A stretch of 63,962 nt of DNA, the filler included, from Caldilineae bacterium (GTDB taxonomy: Bacteria; Chloroflexota; Anaerolineae; DTLA01), in NCBI GenBank assembly GCA_037446815.1. It is 3 parts of 3 records of this genome, joined end to end, with 100 filler letters (N's around TTAATTAATTAA, not from the genome) between each part and the next. Parts side by side here need not be neighbours in the genome. Positions count along the whole stretch, not along the records: positions 1 to 23,728 come from JBBIHX010000035.1; 2 more parts are not named here. One strand, written 5' to 3'. How positions within the stretch are numbered: the stretch's first letter is position 1; every line of letters begins with the position of its first letter. The notes beneath the pieces were generated by a model that saw nothing but the letters and a program-made list of their open reading frames with translations, did no database searches and was not told the origin of the DNA. The position numbers were made by a program, and so were the translations under genes. Shown in pieces: positions 10,036 through 18,013 of the stretch.

Positions 10036-10740
10036 CTATTGTCCCGCCCCCGGCTGCGCGTAGCGGAACTCAATCGTCCGGGAATAGATGGGGATCACCA
10101 GAGCGTCCGCGTCGGTGATGTCGGCCTGGAATCCCGGATGGGCGGCCTGGAGCGAGGCCAGCATCCCGCCCTTGCGCGTCAACGCGACTCGCAGCGTGTC
10201 GGGGTCGCCGAGCACCGCGAAGACAAACGGCCGGCTGATGAGGACGCCATCCACGGCGATGCCCGCCTCGGTGCCGACGATGGCCGAGGACACGACCAGC
10301 CGCTGGCCGTTGAGGGCGATGGCCTTCGCGCCGGAGTTCTTGAGTTCGTTGATCAGGTCCTGCAACTCGGTGGCGCTTACCGGGCTGCTGAGGGTGAGCG
10401 TGATGCCCGGTCCAGAAACCTCACTCATGCCAGTGATGAGTTTCAGCCGATTCAGTTCCTCCACCATGACGACCAGAGACCCGCCCTGCTGCCCGAGTTC
10501 AGCCAGTTTGGCCCGCAGGGAATCCACCTCCTCGCGCAACTTCCGGTTGGCGTCCACCAGCCCGCTGATGAGCGCTGCGCGGTCCGTGCTAGAGGCAGCC
10601 ACGCGGGCCGACCGCAGGGCGCTCTCGCTGCGGAACTGGGCGAAGATGAGCAGGCCCACAAGCACGAACAGCAGCGCCACCGGTATGCGCACGAACCAGT
10701 CGTCATGCCAGATTCTACGGAGATACTGCGACACTTGCAT
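10036..10740 (-). CDS. DUF881-family membrane protein
   Basis: N-terminal TM helix, coiled coil, VSGPGITLTL, DLINELKNSGAKAIALNGQR. Confidence 0.85.
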   Translation of the reverse strand: MQVSQYLRRIWHDDWFVRIPVALLFVLVGLLIFAQFRSESALRSARVAASSTDRAALISGLVDANRKLREEVDSLRAKLAELGQQGGSLVVMVEELNRLKLITGMSEVSGPGITLTLSSPVSATELQDLINELKNSGAKAIALNGQRLVVSSAIVGTEAGIAVDGVLISRPFVFAVLGDPDTLRVALTRKGGMLASLQAAHPGFQADITDADALVIPIYSRTIEFRYAQPGAGQ

Positions 10741-11452
10741 AGAGTGCTCCAAACCCGCCGTGATAGGCAGGCACCTCAACATCGGCGACCTGCGCCACAG
10801 TGAAGGCCAGCCCGTAGGCGGCAACGCGGCTGCGCAGGTCCGACAGGAACCGCGGGTTCTTCAGCAGCGCCTCTTGCTGCTCCGGCGGGCCGATGGCGTG
10901 GATGACATAGGGCGGCGACAGGCGCGTGTCGTTGACCATGATGGTGGCCCCCACGCAGTAGATGGATGTGCTGGCCACGATGCGCTCGCCGTTCACGGAG
11001 ATGGCCTCGGCTCCGGCGGCCCACAGCAGGTTGACCACGTCGCGCACGTCGTAGTCGTGCACCAGGTACAACTCCGGGTTCACGGCGGACGGCACGACCT
11101 CGCGATTGCTGTCGTTCAAGACGACCTCAACGCCTGGGCCGTGCAGCGCCACCAGGCCGGCCAACACCTTCTGCCGCGCCAACTCCTGGGCCAGCCCTTG
11201 CAGGCGTTCGGCCGATTGGCCCTGCGCCTGCCGCTCGTCCAGTTGCCGGCGCAGTTCCGCCACCTCTGCCTTGAGGGCGTCCTGCTCGGCTTCCAGTTGC
11301 GCGATGGTGAGCGCCGTGCGATCGCGGGCGTAACTGGTATCCGCCAGCCGCGCCGACGGCGCCGAGCGCCACTGGAGCGCCAGGAGCAGCCCCAGCGCGA
11401 TCCCGACGAGCAGCAGCCCTATGGAGGAGATTCGGTGCCCTTTTCTTTCCAC
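10715..11452 (-). CDS. DUF881-family membrane protein
   Basis: TM helix, coiled coil, GPGVEVVLND, VHDYDVRDVVNLLWAAGAEAISVNGER, PPYVIHAIG. Confidence 0.88.
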   Translation of the reverse strand: MERKGHRISSIGLLLVGIALGLLLALQWRSAPSARLADTSYARDRTALTIAQLEAEQDALKAEVAELRRQLDERQAQGQSAERLQGLAQELARQKVLAGLVALHGPGVEVVLNDSNREVVPSAVNPELYLVHDYDVRDVVNLLWAAGAEAISVNGERIVASTSIYCVGATIMVNDTRLSPPYVIHAIGPPEQQEALLKNPRFLSDLRSRVAAYGLAFTVAQVADVEVPAYHGGFGALYASVAVSP

Positions 11453-11492
11453 AGCCTTGCCCTACGCCATGGTCTTTCTACGCTATATAACG

Positions 11493-11520
11493 CAGAAAAG
11501 CACCTTTCGGTGCCTTTCTG
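11493..11520 (-). terminator. Intrinsic terminator-like hairpin
   Basis: CAGAAAGGCACC-GAAA-GGTGCTTTTCTG just downstream of the 11552 stop. Confidence 0.6.
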
Positions 11521-11551
11521 AAAACACTCTTCTCTTGTGCAAGATCGGTGC

Positions 11552-12076
11552 CTAGCGGGTCAGATTCGTCAGTTGTAGCCGATAGATGCGCTGATTGTCG
11601 GTGATGTCCGTCTCGCCGACGATGGGCACCGCCCGCACCTTGAGCCAGTACTCCATCCGAATGGGAATCTCGGAAAGGCCCTGCAAGCGGATGACCTTGA
11701 CCTCACCGGGGGCCAGTTGTTCAACCGTCGCGGTGCGGACAAGGATGGGCGAAGGCTCGCGGCTGTCCAAGCGCAGTTCGGCGCGGACGACGACGTTGCG
11801 CTCGGTGGCCAGGCCCGTGTTCTCCACCGCGATGAGCAAACTGACCGCCTTCAAGTCATCCAGCGACCGGATGGTGTCCAGCGGCGGGTCAAAATCAATG
11901 GCAAGCACCGCCACGTCGTGCTCAGGCGGCCTGGCCGACATGTCCGGTGCCGCTGCGGTGAAGACATCCAATTGGCGTGTTTCCACTTGAAACTGGGTGC
12001 AACCCGTCAAGAAAACGAGCAGGAGCGTGGAGAGCAAAACCGCCACCCGAAGGCGGCGTAAACCCACTTCTCCCAT
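11552..12076 (-). CDS. Lipoprotein with a CARDB/Ig-like domain
   Basis: Lipobox FLTGC; HDVAV..VENTG..L.PGE..ETDITDN pattern; GGGGAGGG RBS. Confidence 0.7.
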   Translation of the reverse strand: MGEVGLRRLRVAVLLSTLLLVFLTGCTQFQVETRQLDVFTAAAPDMSARPPEHDVAVLAIDFDPPLDTIRSLDDLKAVSLLIAVENTGLATERNVVVRAELRLDSREPSPILVRTATVEQLAPGEVKVIRLQGLSEIPIRMEYWLKVRAVPIVGETDITDNQRIYRLQLTNLTR

Positions 12077-12153
12077 AATTGTCAATCCCTCCCCCACGTG
12101 GCACGATGCCGGTGTGCGGACAAAGCGCAAGATGAACGTTTTGTCACAATGCT

Positions 12154-12182
12154 ATCATACCCCAATTTGGCGCTTTTGTCAA
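12154..12182 (-). promoter_or_regulatory. Sigma70-type promoter
   Basis: TTGACA (12177-12182), 17-nt spacer, TATGAT (12154-12159). Confidence 0.7.
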
Positions 12183-12183
12183 G

Positions 12184-13005
12184 TCAATTTGCGGCCGCCA
12201 GGAACGCGGCGTTGATGGCGTTGTACAGCGCGTGCGCCACCACCGGCCCGAGGATCGACCCCGTGAGGCGGAACATGACCCCCGCCAGAAGCCCAAACGC
12301 AAACGCGAAACCCACCACGTCCACCAGCGTCAGCACATTGGGCACGAAGGGGCCGGCAGGGACATGCCAGAGACCGAACAGCACGGAGATGAGGAGCGTG
12401 GCAAACCACCAGGGATAGCGACGCTGGAGCGTTATCTGCATGTAGCCGCGGAACAGGCTCTCCTCGCCCAAGGCGATGGTCATCAACTCCATGGGCAGAC
12501 TCTGCGCCAGGGCCGCGAACGCGCCCGCTCCCAGGCGCAATTGGCCCGTGGCGATGGCGGGGGCACGCAGGATGGCCTGCAGGACGAGCGCAAGCCCCGC
12601 CCCAAGCAGAACTTGCCGCAGGACGTGGCGTCCGGTGAACCCAAACTCGGCCCCGCCCGAGCGTTCGCCCAGCAGGATGGCCAGCGCCACAAGGGGGAAC
12701 AGGCTGCCGATGCCCGCGGCGGCGAGATGCGGCCCCATGCGAAACGGGGACTTGCCGGTGGCGATCCAGGCCACGGCAGCCGCCCGCGACAACACGACGC
12801 CCGCCCACATCGCCAGCCCCGCCCACGACGGCGCGGGCGATGCGGGCGGCGCGCGCTTTCGGAACAGGGCGTACAAGAGCGGGATGGGCAAAACGAGGGC
12901 GGCGCCGTAGGCCAGGTCGGCGCTGTGCGTGCCCAGCACCGCCAGCCCGAACATCACGCCCGCGTAGCCGAGAGCCACCCCTGCCCAGCGAATCGCCGCC
13001 ATCAT
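12184..13005 (-). CDS. CPBP (CAAX/Abi) intramembrane metalloprotease
   Basis: GEESLFRG, FGLWH and HALYN motifs; multiple hydrophobic helices. Confidence 0.9.
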   Translation of the reverse strand: MMAAIRWAGVALGYAGVMFGLAVLGTHSADLAYGAALVLPIPLLYALFRKRAPPASPAPSWAGLAMWAGVVLSRAAAVAWIATGKSPFRMGPHLAAAGIGSLFPLVALAILLGERSGGAEFGFTGRHVLRQVLLGAGLALVLQAILRAPAIATGQLRLGAGAFAALAQSLPMELMTIALGEESLFRGYMQITLQRRYPWWFATLLISVLFGLWHVPAGPFVPNVLTLVDVVGFAFAFGLLAGVMFRLTGSILGPVVAHALYNAINAAFLAAAN

Positions 13006-13007
13006 CG

Positions 13008-13418
13008 CTACTTTCCGGTGCTCCCGAACCCCTCCTTGGGGCCTATGGGGATATCCTCGTCCGTTTCCACCAATTCCACGTCCATGCGCTGCACCCACAT
13101 CTGGGCCACGCGGTCGCCGGGCAGGATGGTAACCGGCCCCGCCCCCGGCAGCGGCTCCAGGATGGTGCACACCTCGCGCCCGTTGAATTCGGGGTCAACC
13201 AGGCCGACGTGCGCCTCGTACCCGTGGCGCAGCGGGGCGCTGGACCGCGCCTTGACGATGGCTCCGTAGCCGGGCGGGAGTTCCAGCGCGATGCCCAGCG
13301 GCACCCGCGTAGGGCCCTGCAGGGTGAGAGGCCCATCCAGCCGCGCGAATAGGTCGTAGGCCGCCCCTGTCTTTACGGGCCTGCGCCCGCCAGGGAGGAC
13401 CCTGTACCGGACGGCCAC
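13008..13418 (-). CDS. dut: Trimeric dUTPase (divergent)
   Basis: AYDL, ARSS, GLVDPEFNG, GDRVAQ, EGFGSTG; GTG start after GGAGGGG. Confidence 0.8.
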   Translation of the reverse strand: MAVRYRVLPGGRRPVKTGAAYDLFARLDGPLTLQGPTRVPLGIALELPPGYGAIVKARSSAPLRHGYEAHVGLVDPEFNGREVCTILEPLPGAGPVTILPGDRVAQMWVQRMDVELVETDEDIPIGPKEGFGSTGK

Positions 13419-13449
13419 TTCCCCCTCCAGACGCCGCGCGCCGACCAAC

Positions 13450-14340
13450 CTACGCCTCCAACTTTTCCGACGGCGGGCTGCCGTTGGGTCGCTTGTCCAG
13501 TTCGTCATCCTGGGACAGGGTCTCGCCCAGGAGTTTGGACTTCTGATACGCCGCCCAGACCGCCTTGGATAGCACCGTGCGGATGCTCCCCTTGTCCAGT
13601 TGATAGATGGCCTCGGCGCTGGTGCCCCCTGGCGAGGTAACCATGTTGCGCAGTTGGGCCAGGTGCAGGTTGGACTGGCGGGCGAAGAGCACGGACCCCA
13701 GCACCGTCTTGGTCACCAGGGCCTCGGCGATGCGCCGCGAGAACCCCAGATGCACCGCCGCGTCCACCAGCGCCTCCATGATGAGGAACACGTAGGTGGG
13801 ACCGGTTCCGCTGACCGCCGTCGCCATGTCCAGAAACCGCTCCTCGTCCACCTCAATCTCCTCGCCCAGGGCGGTAAGGATGCGGCGGCCCATCTCTCGC
13901 TGTTCGGGCGTAACCTGGGGCGTGGCGAACCAGACCGAGATGCCCTCGCCAATCTGGGCGGGGGTGTTGGGCATGACGCGGATGACGGACGGAGTGCCGA
14001 GGACCTGCGCGATGTAGGCGATCTTTGCGCCCGCCACAATGGACATGATGAGTTGCTCGGGGCGAACGGTGCCCCGCAGTTCGTGTAGCACCATGCGAAG
14101 CCGCTGGGGCTTCACCGATAGCACCACCACGTCGGCATTGCGGGCGGCCTCGCGGTTGTCGGTGGTGCCGTGAATACCGTACTTGGCGATCAGTTCGGCG
14201 GCGCGTTCCTTGCGGGGGCCGCTGGCCCAGATGTTCCCCGCTGCCGTAACGCCGCACCGGAGGATGCCCTGGATCATGGCCTCTGCCATGGTGCCGCTGC
14301 CGATGAACGCCAAACGCTTTTGTTGCAGAGTCTCTTCCAT
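13450..14340 (-). CDS. proC: Pyrroline-5-carboxylate reductase
   Basis: FIGSGTMA, LSVKPQ, RVMPNTP, TAVSGTGP, VTSPGGTS. Confidence 0.96.
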   Translation of the reverse strand: MEETLQQKRLAFIGSGTMAEAMIQGILRCGVTAAGNIWASGPRKERAAELIAKYGIHGTTDNREAARNADVVVLSVKPQRLRMVLHELRGTVRPEQLIMSIVAGAKIAYIAQVLGTPSVIRVMPNTPAQIGEGISVWFATPQVTPEQREMGRRILTALGEEIEVDEERFLDMATAVSGTGPTYVFLIMEALVDAAVHLGFSRRIAEALVTKTVLGSVLFARQSNLHLAQLRNMVTSPGGTSAEAIYQLDKGSIRTVLSKAVWAAYQKSKLLGETLSQDDELDKRPNGSPPSEKLEA

Positions 14341-14366
14341 GTGGAGTTGTCCCTTTCTGTGCTTCT

Positions 14367-14396
14367 AACAAAACGCCTCCCAAGAGGGAGGCCATT
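14367..14396 (-). terminator. Intrinsic terminator inside the proC 5' leader (attenuator)
   Basis: Minus strand AATGGCCTCCC-TCTT-GGGAGGCGTTTTGTT, between the predicted promoter and the proC start. Confidence 0.75.
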
Positions 14397-14438
14397 GTGT
14401 GCGGACGATGCGACGATTCGCGAGCGGATTCCGCCGCG

Positions 14439-14540
14439 CTACCTCCCCACGCGCCGATGCCCCTGAGCCATGCCCAGGGGCCTGGTAGGGATAGGGGTGC
14501 GCTGCTCACGATCACACGGGAATGCACGATTGTTCGTCAT
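14439..14540 (-). CDS. Putative 33-aa proC leader peptide MTNNRAFPCDREQRTPIPTRPLGMAQGHRRVGR
   Basis: ATG after GAGGG, just downstream of the promoter; Pro codons CCG, CCT, CCT, CCC; the stop lies in a segment complementary to the terminator arm. Confidence 0.55.
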   Translation of the reverse strand: MTNNRAFPCDREQRTPIPTRPLGMAQGHRRVGR

Positions 14541-14562
14541 GGCGGAACCCTCGCTGGTGCGT

Positions 14563-14590
14563 ATCTTACTGCAAAAACCCGCGGTGTCAA
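14563..14590 (-). promoter_or_regulatory. Sigma70-type promoter of the proC leader
   Basis: TTGACA (14585-14590), 16-nt spacer, TAAGAT (14563-14568). Confidence 0.65.
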
Positions 14591-14615
14591 GCGGAGATGC
14601 GGGGGAAGTGGCCTT

Positions 14616-14792
14616 GTAGAGCAAGTTGGCAACTTGCTCTACGGTGCCCAATCTGTGCCATTCGCGGGGTACGGGCGACGGGCCGGTCGTCCGTGCACTA
14701 CGGCTCGCGAAGCGAAGCAATCGCACGCCCCGGGGATTGCTTCGGGCACTGCGTGCCCTCGCAATGACAGCCACCAACAGACTCTGGAACCG
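14616..14792. repeat. Mosaic repeat array: GTAG palindrome, family D, GCGAAGCAATC..GATTGCTTC..CCTCGCAATGAC and a right-hand F terminus
   Basis: Palindrome at 14616-14642; D-like copy at 14669-14696; CCAACAGACTCTGGAACC at 14774-14791. Confidence 0.85.
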
Positions 14793-14810
14793 GCTCTCCC
14801 CCGCAGAGGC

Positions 14811-14974
14811 GGTTCCATCTTGTGTTGGTCTGCCCCGCACGCCACCTCCCCGCTCTGCAATGCTGAGCCGCTGGCGATACGCCCTCGCCCTTCGGGAGAG
14901 GGCCGGGGTGAGGGGCGAGATTCTTCGCTCTCCGCCGCTCAGAATGACGGTAGATGCCAACAGACTTTGGAACC
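14811..14974. mobile_element. 164-bp MITE-like element with 18-bp imperfect terminal inverted repeats (family F)
   Basis: Left end GGTTCCATCTTGTGTTGG, right end CCAACAGACTTTGGAACC (14/18 inverted match); a same-length close copy lies at 63767-63930. Confidence 0.7.
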
Positions 14975-14994
14975 GAGCCTACCGCCCCGCACCC

Positions 14995-15024
14995 TTGCCG
15001 CCTGCGCTGGCCCCGTGGTATAAT
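14995..15024 (+). promoter_or_regulatory. Sigma70-type promoter of the MTase-like gene
   Basis: TTGCCG, 18-nt spacer, TATAAT with an extended TG. Confidence 0.65.
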
Positions 15025-15093
15025 ACGCGCGGGCAGGAAAACGCGCGCGGTTGCCTCCGCGCCGCCTTGTCTTCGGCCGTGGAAGGGGGCAGC

Positions 15094-17439
15094 ATGGCCG
15101 CAAAGGTGGATTCCTTCATCCCGCCGCAGGCCCGCACCGGCGCGGGCTTCCTTGAGTCCTATCTGCCGCCCCTGGCAGAGAACGTTCTGGCTGCGTACAT
15201 AGAGGGGCTGACCTCGCCCGGCGACCTGGTGCTAGACCCCTTCTGCCAGTCGCCCGCCGTCGTCCGGGCCGCGGCATCACTGGGCCGACGGGTCATCGCC
15301 AGCAGCGCCAATCCCATAGACGCCTTCGCCGTGCGCCAGACGCTGGCTCCCCCGCCCGAGAAACAACTCAACGCCGCGGCCACCGCCCTCGGCCAGACCC
15401 TGCGCGGCAACGTTCTCCTCCGCGAGCATATCCTGCGGCTGTACCGATGCGCGTGCCCCTCGTGCCGCCGCATGGCCTTTGCCGACTACTTCGTCTGGGA
15501 CCTGGAGCGCAACATGCCGATTGAGAAGTACGTGCGGTGCGCCGCGTGCGGGTTCCAGGGTTCGGCCAGCATCCAGGCCGACGATCTTGCCACCCTGGAG
15601 CAGATTGAGGGCAAGGGGCTGAGTTACTTCTTCGTGCTGGACCGACTCTCGGCGTCGGGCGACCCGGCAAGGCAAGAAGGTGAGGCGGCGCTCAAGTTCT
15701 ACACCAATCGCGCCCGCTATGCCCTCACGCAGATGGTCCTCAAGACCGAGGCGGAGTTCGCCAACACGCCGGAGGAGAGCATCCTCAAATATCTGCTGCT
15801 GGCGTGCATGGTACGGGGTGGCCTGTTCAATCGCCCGCCCGCGGGCAAGGATATGCCGGCCCTCCGCGCGAGCGGCTTGGGCCTGGAGCGCAACGTGTGG
15901 CTCCTCTTTGAAGAGGCGTGGGCCGAGTGGCGCGCCACTCTCCCGGCGCCGCCTGTGGCGGGCTTGAGCCCCCGGGCCGACTCCCAAGGCATAGCCGAGG
16001 TGCTGGCCGGCGGGGCCGCGCACAGCGCCATCGCGCTCCATTGCCCCATCCGCGACCTCGCCCGCATTTTGCCGGTCCAGAGCGTGCGGCTCCTCATCAC
16101 CGGATTGTCCAACATCGGCCAGCGCTATTGGCGGCTCTGCTTCCTGTGGGCGGGCTGGCTGTTCGGGAGGGAAAGCGCGGCGCACCTCAAGCCCCTGCTG
16201 GGCCAACCCATCCCCGACTGGGCGTGGTATGTCCGCACGGTGGGCGGGGCGTTCCAGGCGCTGCGGCCCAAACTGCACCCCCACGGCCACATGGTGCTGC
16301 TGGTTTCGCCACGGCGCAGCACCCAGGCCGAGGCTGCGCTCATGGCCGGTGTGGTGGGGGGATTCCGCCCCGTCGCCCATGTGTACGGGCCGCGAACGGT
16401 GGCGGATGCCGCGCAGGGCGCCGGAGACTACCAAATCGTCCTGGCCAAAGGCGCGGAGATTCTGGAAGGGGTAACGCGCCCCCCCGACGCGGGGTTTCTG
16501 CGCGGCGAAATCAGGGACGAGGCCGAGCGGGGAGCCCAACAGGCGCTGGCCCAGCGGGGCGAACCCTCGCCCGCGGGATGGCTGCGCCACGGGGCATTCA
16601 CCCGCCTTGCCCAGCGCGGCCTCCTCCAGCGCGCCCTGCTGCCCAGAGACGAACGGCATTCCGGCTACGAGGTCATTCAGAAGGCCGTGGAGGAAGCCCT
16701 CGGCAAGGACGCGCAAGATCCCCTGGTGCCCATGGAGTGGGAAGCCCACTTCGCCCCCGACGCCACGCTCCCGATGCTGTGGCTTCGGCGGCCCTCGGAC
16801 GTGGCGGCGCCGCTGGCCGACCGCGTGGAGGCAGCCGTGGCCGAGATTCTGCGCGAGACGCTGATGCTGCGCCGCGAGGACTGCGAGCGCGAAGCGTACC
16901 GCCGATTCCCGAGCCTGCAAACGCCGGAGCAGGACTTGGTGCGCGCGTGCCTGGAATCCTACGCGGAGGAGACATCCCCCGGCTGGGTTCGGCTCCGCGA
17001 CGAAGACCAGCCGGAGCGCGTCCGCCTGGCGGTGGCGGCGTTCATCGCGGACATGGACGCGCTGGGGAAGCGCATGGGGCTTCGGGTCATCGCCGACAGC
17101 CCGCCGTACCACGTGGTGTGGGCCGCCGACGGGACGCGCCATGGGTTCCTCTTCTCGCCCATGGCCGTTGTCCACACGCTGGCGGCGCTTGGCCCGCGCG
17201 ACGAGGACACGACCCGCTACCTGGTGATTCCCGAGGCGCGCGTCGCGCTCCTGCGGCTCAAACTGCGGCGCTCGCCCATCTACGGCCGCTTGCTGGAGCA
17301 AGGCGGGTGGGCCATCATCCGCTGGCCGCTGCTCCAGGCGCTGCTCAAACTCCCCGCGGTGGACATCCACGCGCTGAAACAGGTGGTGGGGCTGGAGCCG
17401 ATCATGGAGCAAGGCGAGGCGCAGATTCCGCTGTTCTGA
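15094..17439 (+). CDS. Degenerate N6/N4 DNA-methyltransferase-like protein with a zinc ribbon
   Basis: GDLVLDPFCQSP...LGRRVIASSANP resembles motif I; CPSC...CAAC zinc ribbon; the expected DPPY position appears to read LLITGLSN. Confidence 0.6.
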   Translation: MAAKVDSFIPPQARTGAGFLESYLPPLAENVLAAYIEGLTSPGDLVLDPFCQSPAVVRAAASLGRRVIASSANPIDAFAVRQTLAPPPEKQLNAAATALGQTLRGNVLLREHILRLYRCACPSCRRMAFADYFVWDLERNMPIEKYVRCAACGFQGSASIQADDLATLEQIEGKGLSYFFVLDRLSASGDPARQEGEAALKFYTNRARYALTQMVLKTEAEFANTPEESILKYLLLACMVRGGLFNRPPAGKDMPALRASGLGLERNVWLLFEEAWAEWRATLPAPPVAGLSPRADSQGIAEVLAGGAAHSAIALHCPIRDLARILPVQSVRLLITGLSNIGQRYWRLCFLWAGWLFGRESAAHLKPLLGQPIPDWAWYVRTVGGAFQALRPKLHPHGHMVLLVSPRRSTQAEAALMAGVVGGFRPVAHVYGPRTVADAAQGAGDYQIVLAKGAEILEGVTRPPDAGFLRGEIRDEAERGAQQALAQRGEPSPAGWLRHGAFTRLAQRGLLQRALLPRDERHSGYEVIQKAVEEALGKDAQDPLVPMEWEAHFAPDATLPMLWLRRPSDVAAPLADRVEAAVAEILRETLMLRREDCEREAYRRFPSLQTPEQDLVRACLESYAEETSPGWVRLRDEDQPERVRLAVAAFIADMDALGKRMGLRVIADSPPYHVVWAADGTRHGFLFSPMAVVHTLAALGPRDEDTTRYLVIPEARVALLRLKLRRSPIYGRLLEQGGWAIIRWPLLQALLKLPAVDIHALKQVVGLEPIMEQGEAQIPLF

Positions 17440-17453
17440 CGGCGCCCCTGGCC

Positions 17454-17486
17454 AAAAAGAAACGCGCTCCCCCGCGGGAAGCGCGC
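17454..17486 (-). terminator. Intrinsic terminator of the tRNA operon (possibly bidirectional)
   Basis: GCGCGCTTCC-CGCG-GGGAGCGCGT followed by TTCTTTTT on the minus strand. Confidence 0.75.
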
Positions 17487-17494
17487 CTGCGAGG

Positions 17495-17567
17495 TGGCGG
17501 CGGAGGGCTTTGAACCCCCGACACAGGGCTTATGAGTCCCCTGCTCTACCTGCTGAGCTACGCCGCC
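17495..17567 (-). tRNA. tRNA-Met (CAT), probably elongator
   Basis: GGCGGCGTAGCTCAGCAGGTAGAGCAGGGGACTCATAAGCCCTGTGTCGGGGGTTCAAAGCCCTCCGCCGCCA folds as a cloverleaf with a paired 1:72; CCA is not fully encoded. Confidence 0.9.
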
Positions 17568-17608
17568 ATAACATACGGCAGGTACAGGGCGCACCTGCCG
17601 CATCCAGG

Positions 17609-17680
<72 letters not shown>

Positions 17681-17693
17681 ACGTTGCAGCCCT

Positions 17694-17722
17694 ATTATAC
17701 GCGAGAACGGCAGGCTCGTCAA
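17694..17722 (-). promoter_or_regulatory. Strong sigma70 promoter of the tRNA pair
   Basis: TTGACG (17717-17722), 17-nt spacer, TATAAT (17694-17699). Confidence 0.85.
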
Positions 17723-17742
17723 ACCCGACCCCTTTGGGATTC

Positions 17743-17935
17743 GGCTCCAACGTGTGCGGGTGTGCGCTGTCATCCCGAGGCGCGAAGCGCCGGGGAACCT
17801 CCCTCCTGCGGGCCCATATTATGTAGGGGCGACCGGCCGGTCGCCCCTACATGCTCGCAATGACGGACGGCGCGGTAACGTGCGCCGTACTTCCGAAGTC
17901 CGTCGCACGTTATTTATTCGCGCAGATTCGCGGAT
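17743..17935. repeat. Mosaic repeat array (degenerate F end, B, perfect D palindrome, E, G)
   Basis: Perfect palindrome ATGTAGGGGCGACCGGCCGGTCGCCCCTACAT at 17821-17852; family E at 17878-17910. Confidence 0.85.
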
Positions 17936-17948
17936 GGCGTCCCGCCCG

Positions 17949-17978
17949 TTGACATCCGACAGGAATCCGGGCTATACT
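17949..17978 (+). promoter_or_regulatory. Sigma70-type promoter
   Basis: TTGACA, 18-nt spacer, TATACT. Confidence 0.7.
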
Positions 17979-18013
17979 GTACGTAGACATCCCACTGGAC
18001 ACGGAGGTGCGAG

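Noticed and set aside
14400..14450. T-box riboswitch upstream of proC (GGAGGTAGCGCG resembles GGTGGTACCGCG)
   Set aside because: The essential UGGN bulge reads AGGT and no Stem I motifs are evident; a leader-peptide attenuator fits better, though a decayed T-box is not excluded.
14626..15093. N-terminal extension of the 937-aa ORF
   Set aside because: It runs through repeat modules; the promoter at 14995-15024 and the RBS support a start at 15094.
17495..17567. tRNA-Ile2 (CAT, lysidine)
   Set aside because: The acceptor stem and anticodon arm resemble elongator tRNA-Met as I recall them; a tRNAscan-SE isotype model would settle it.
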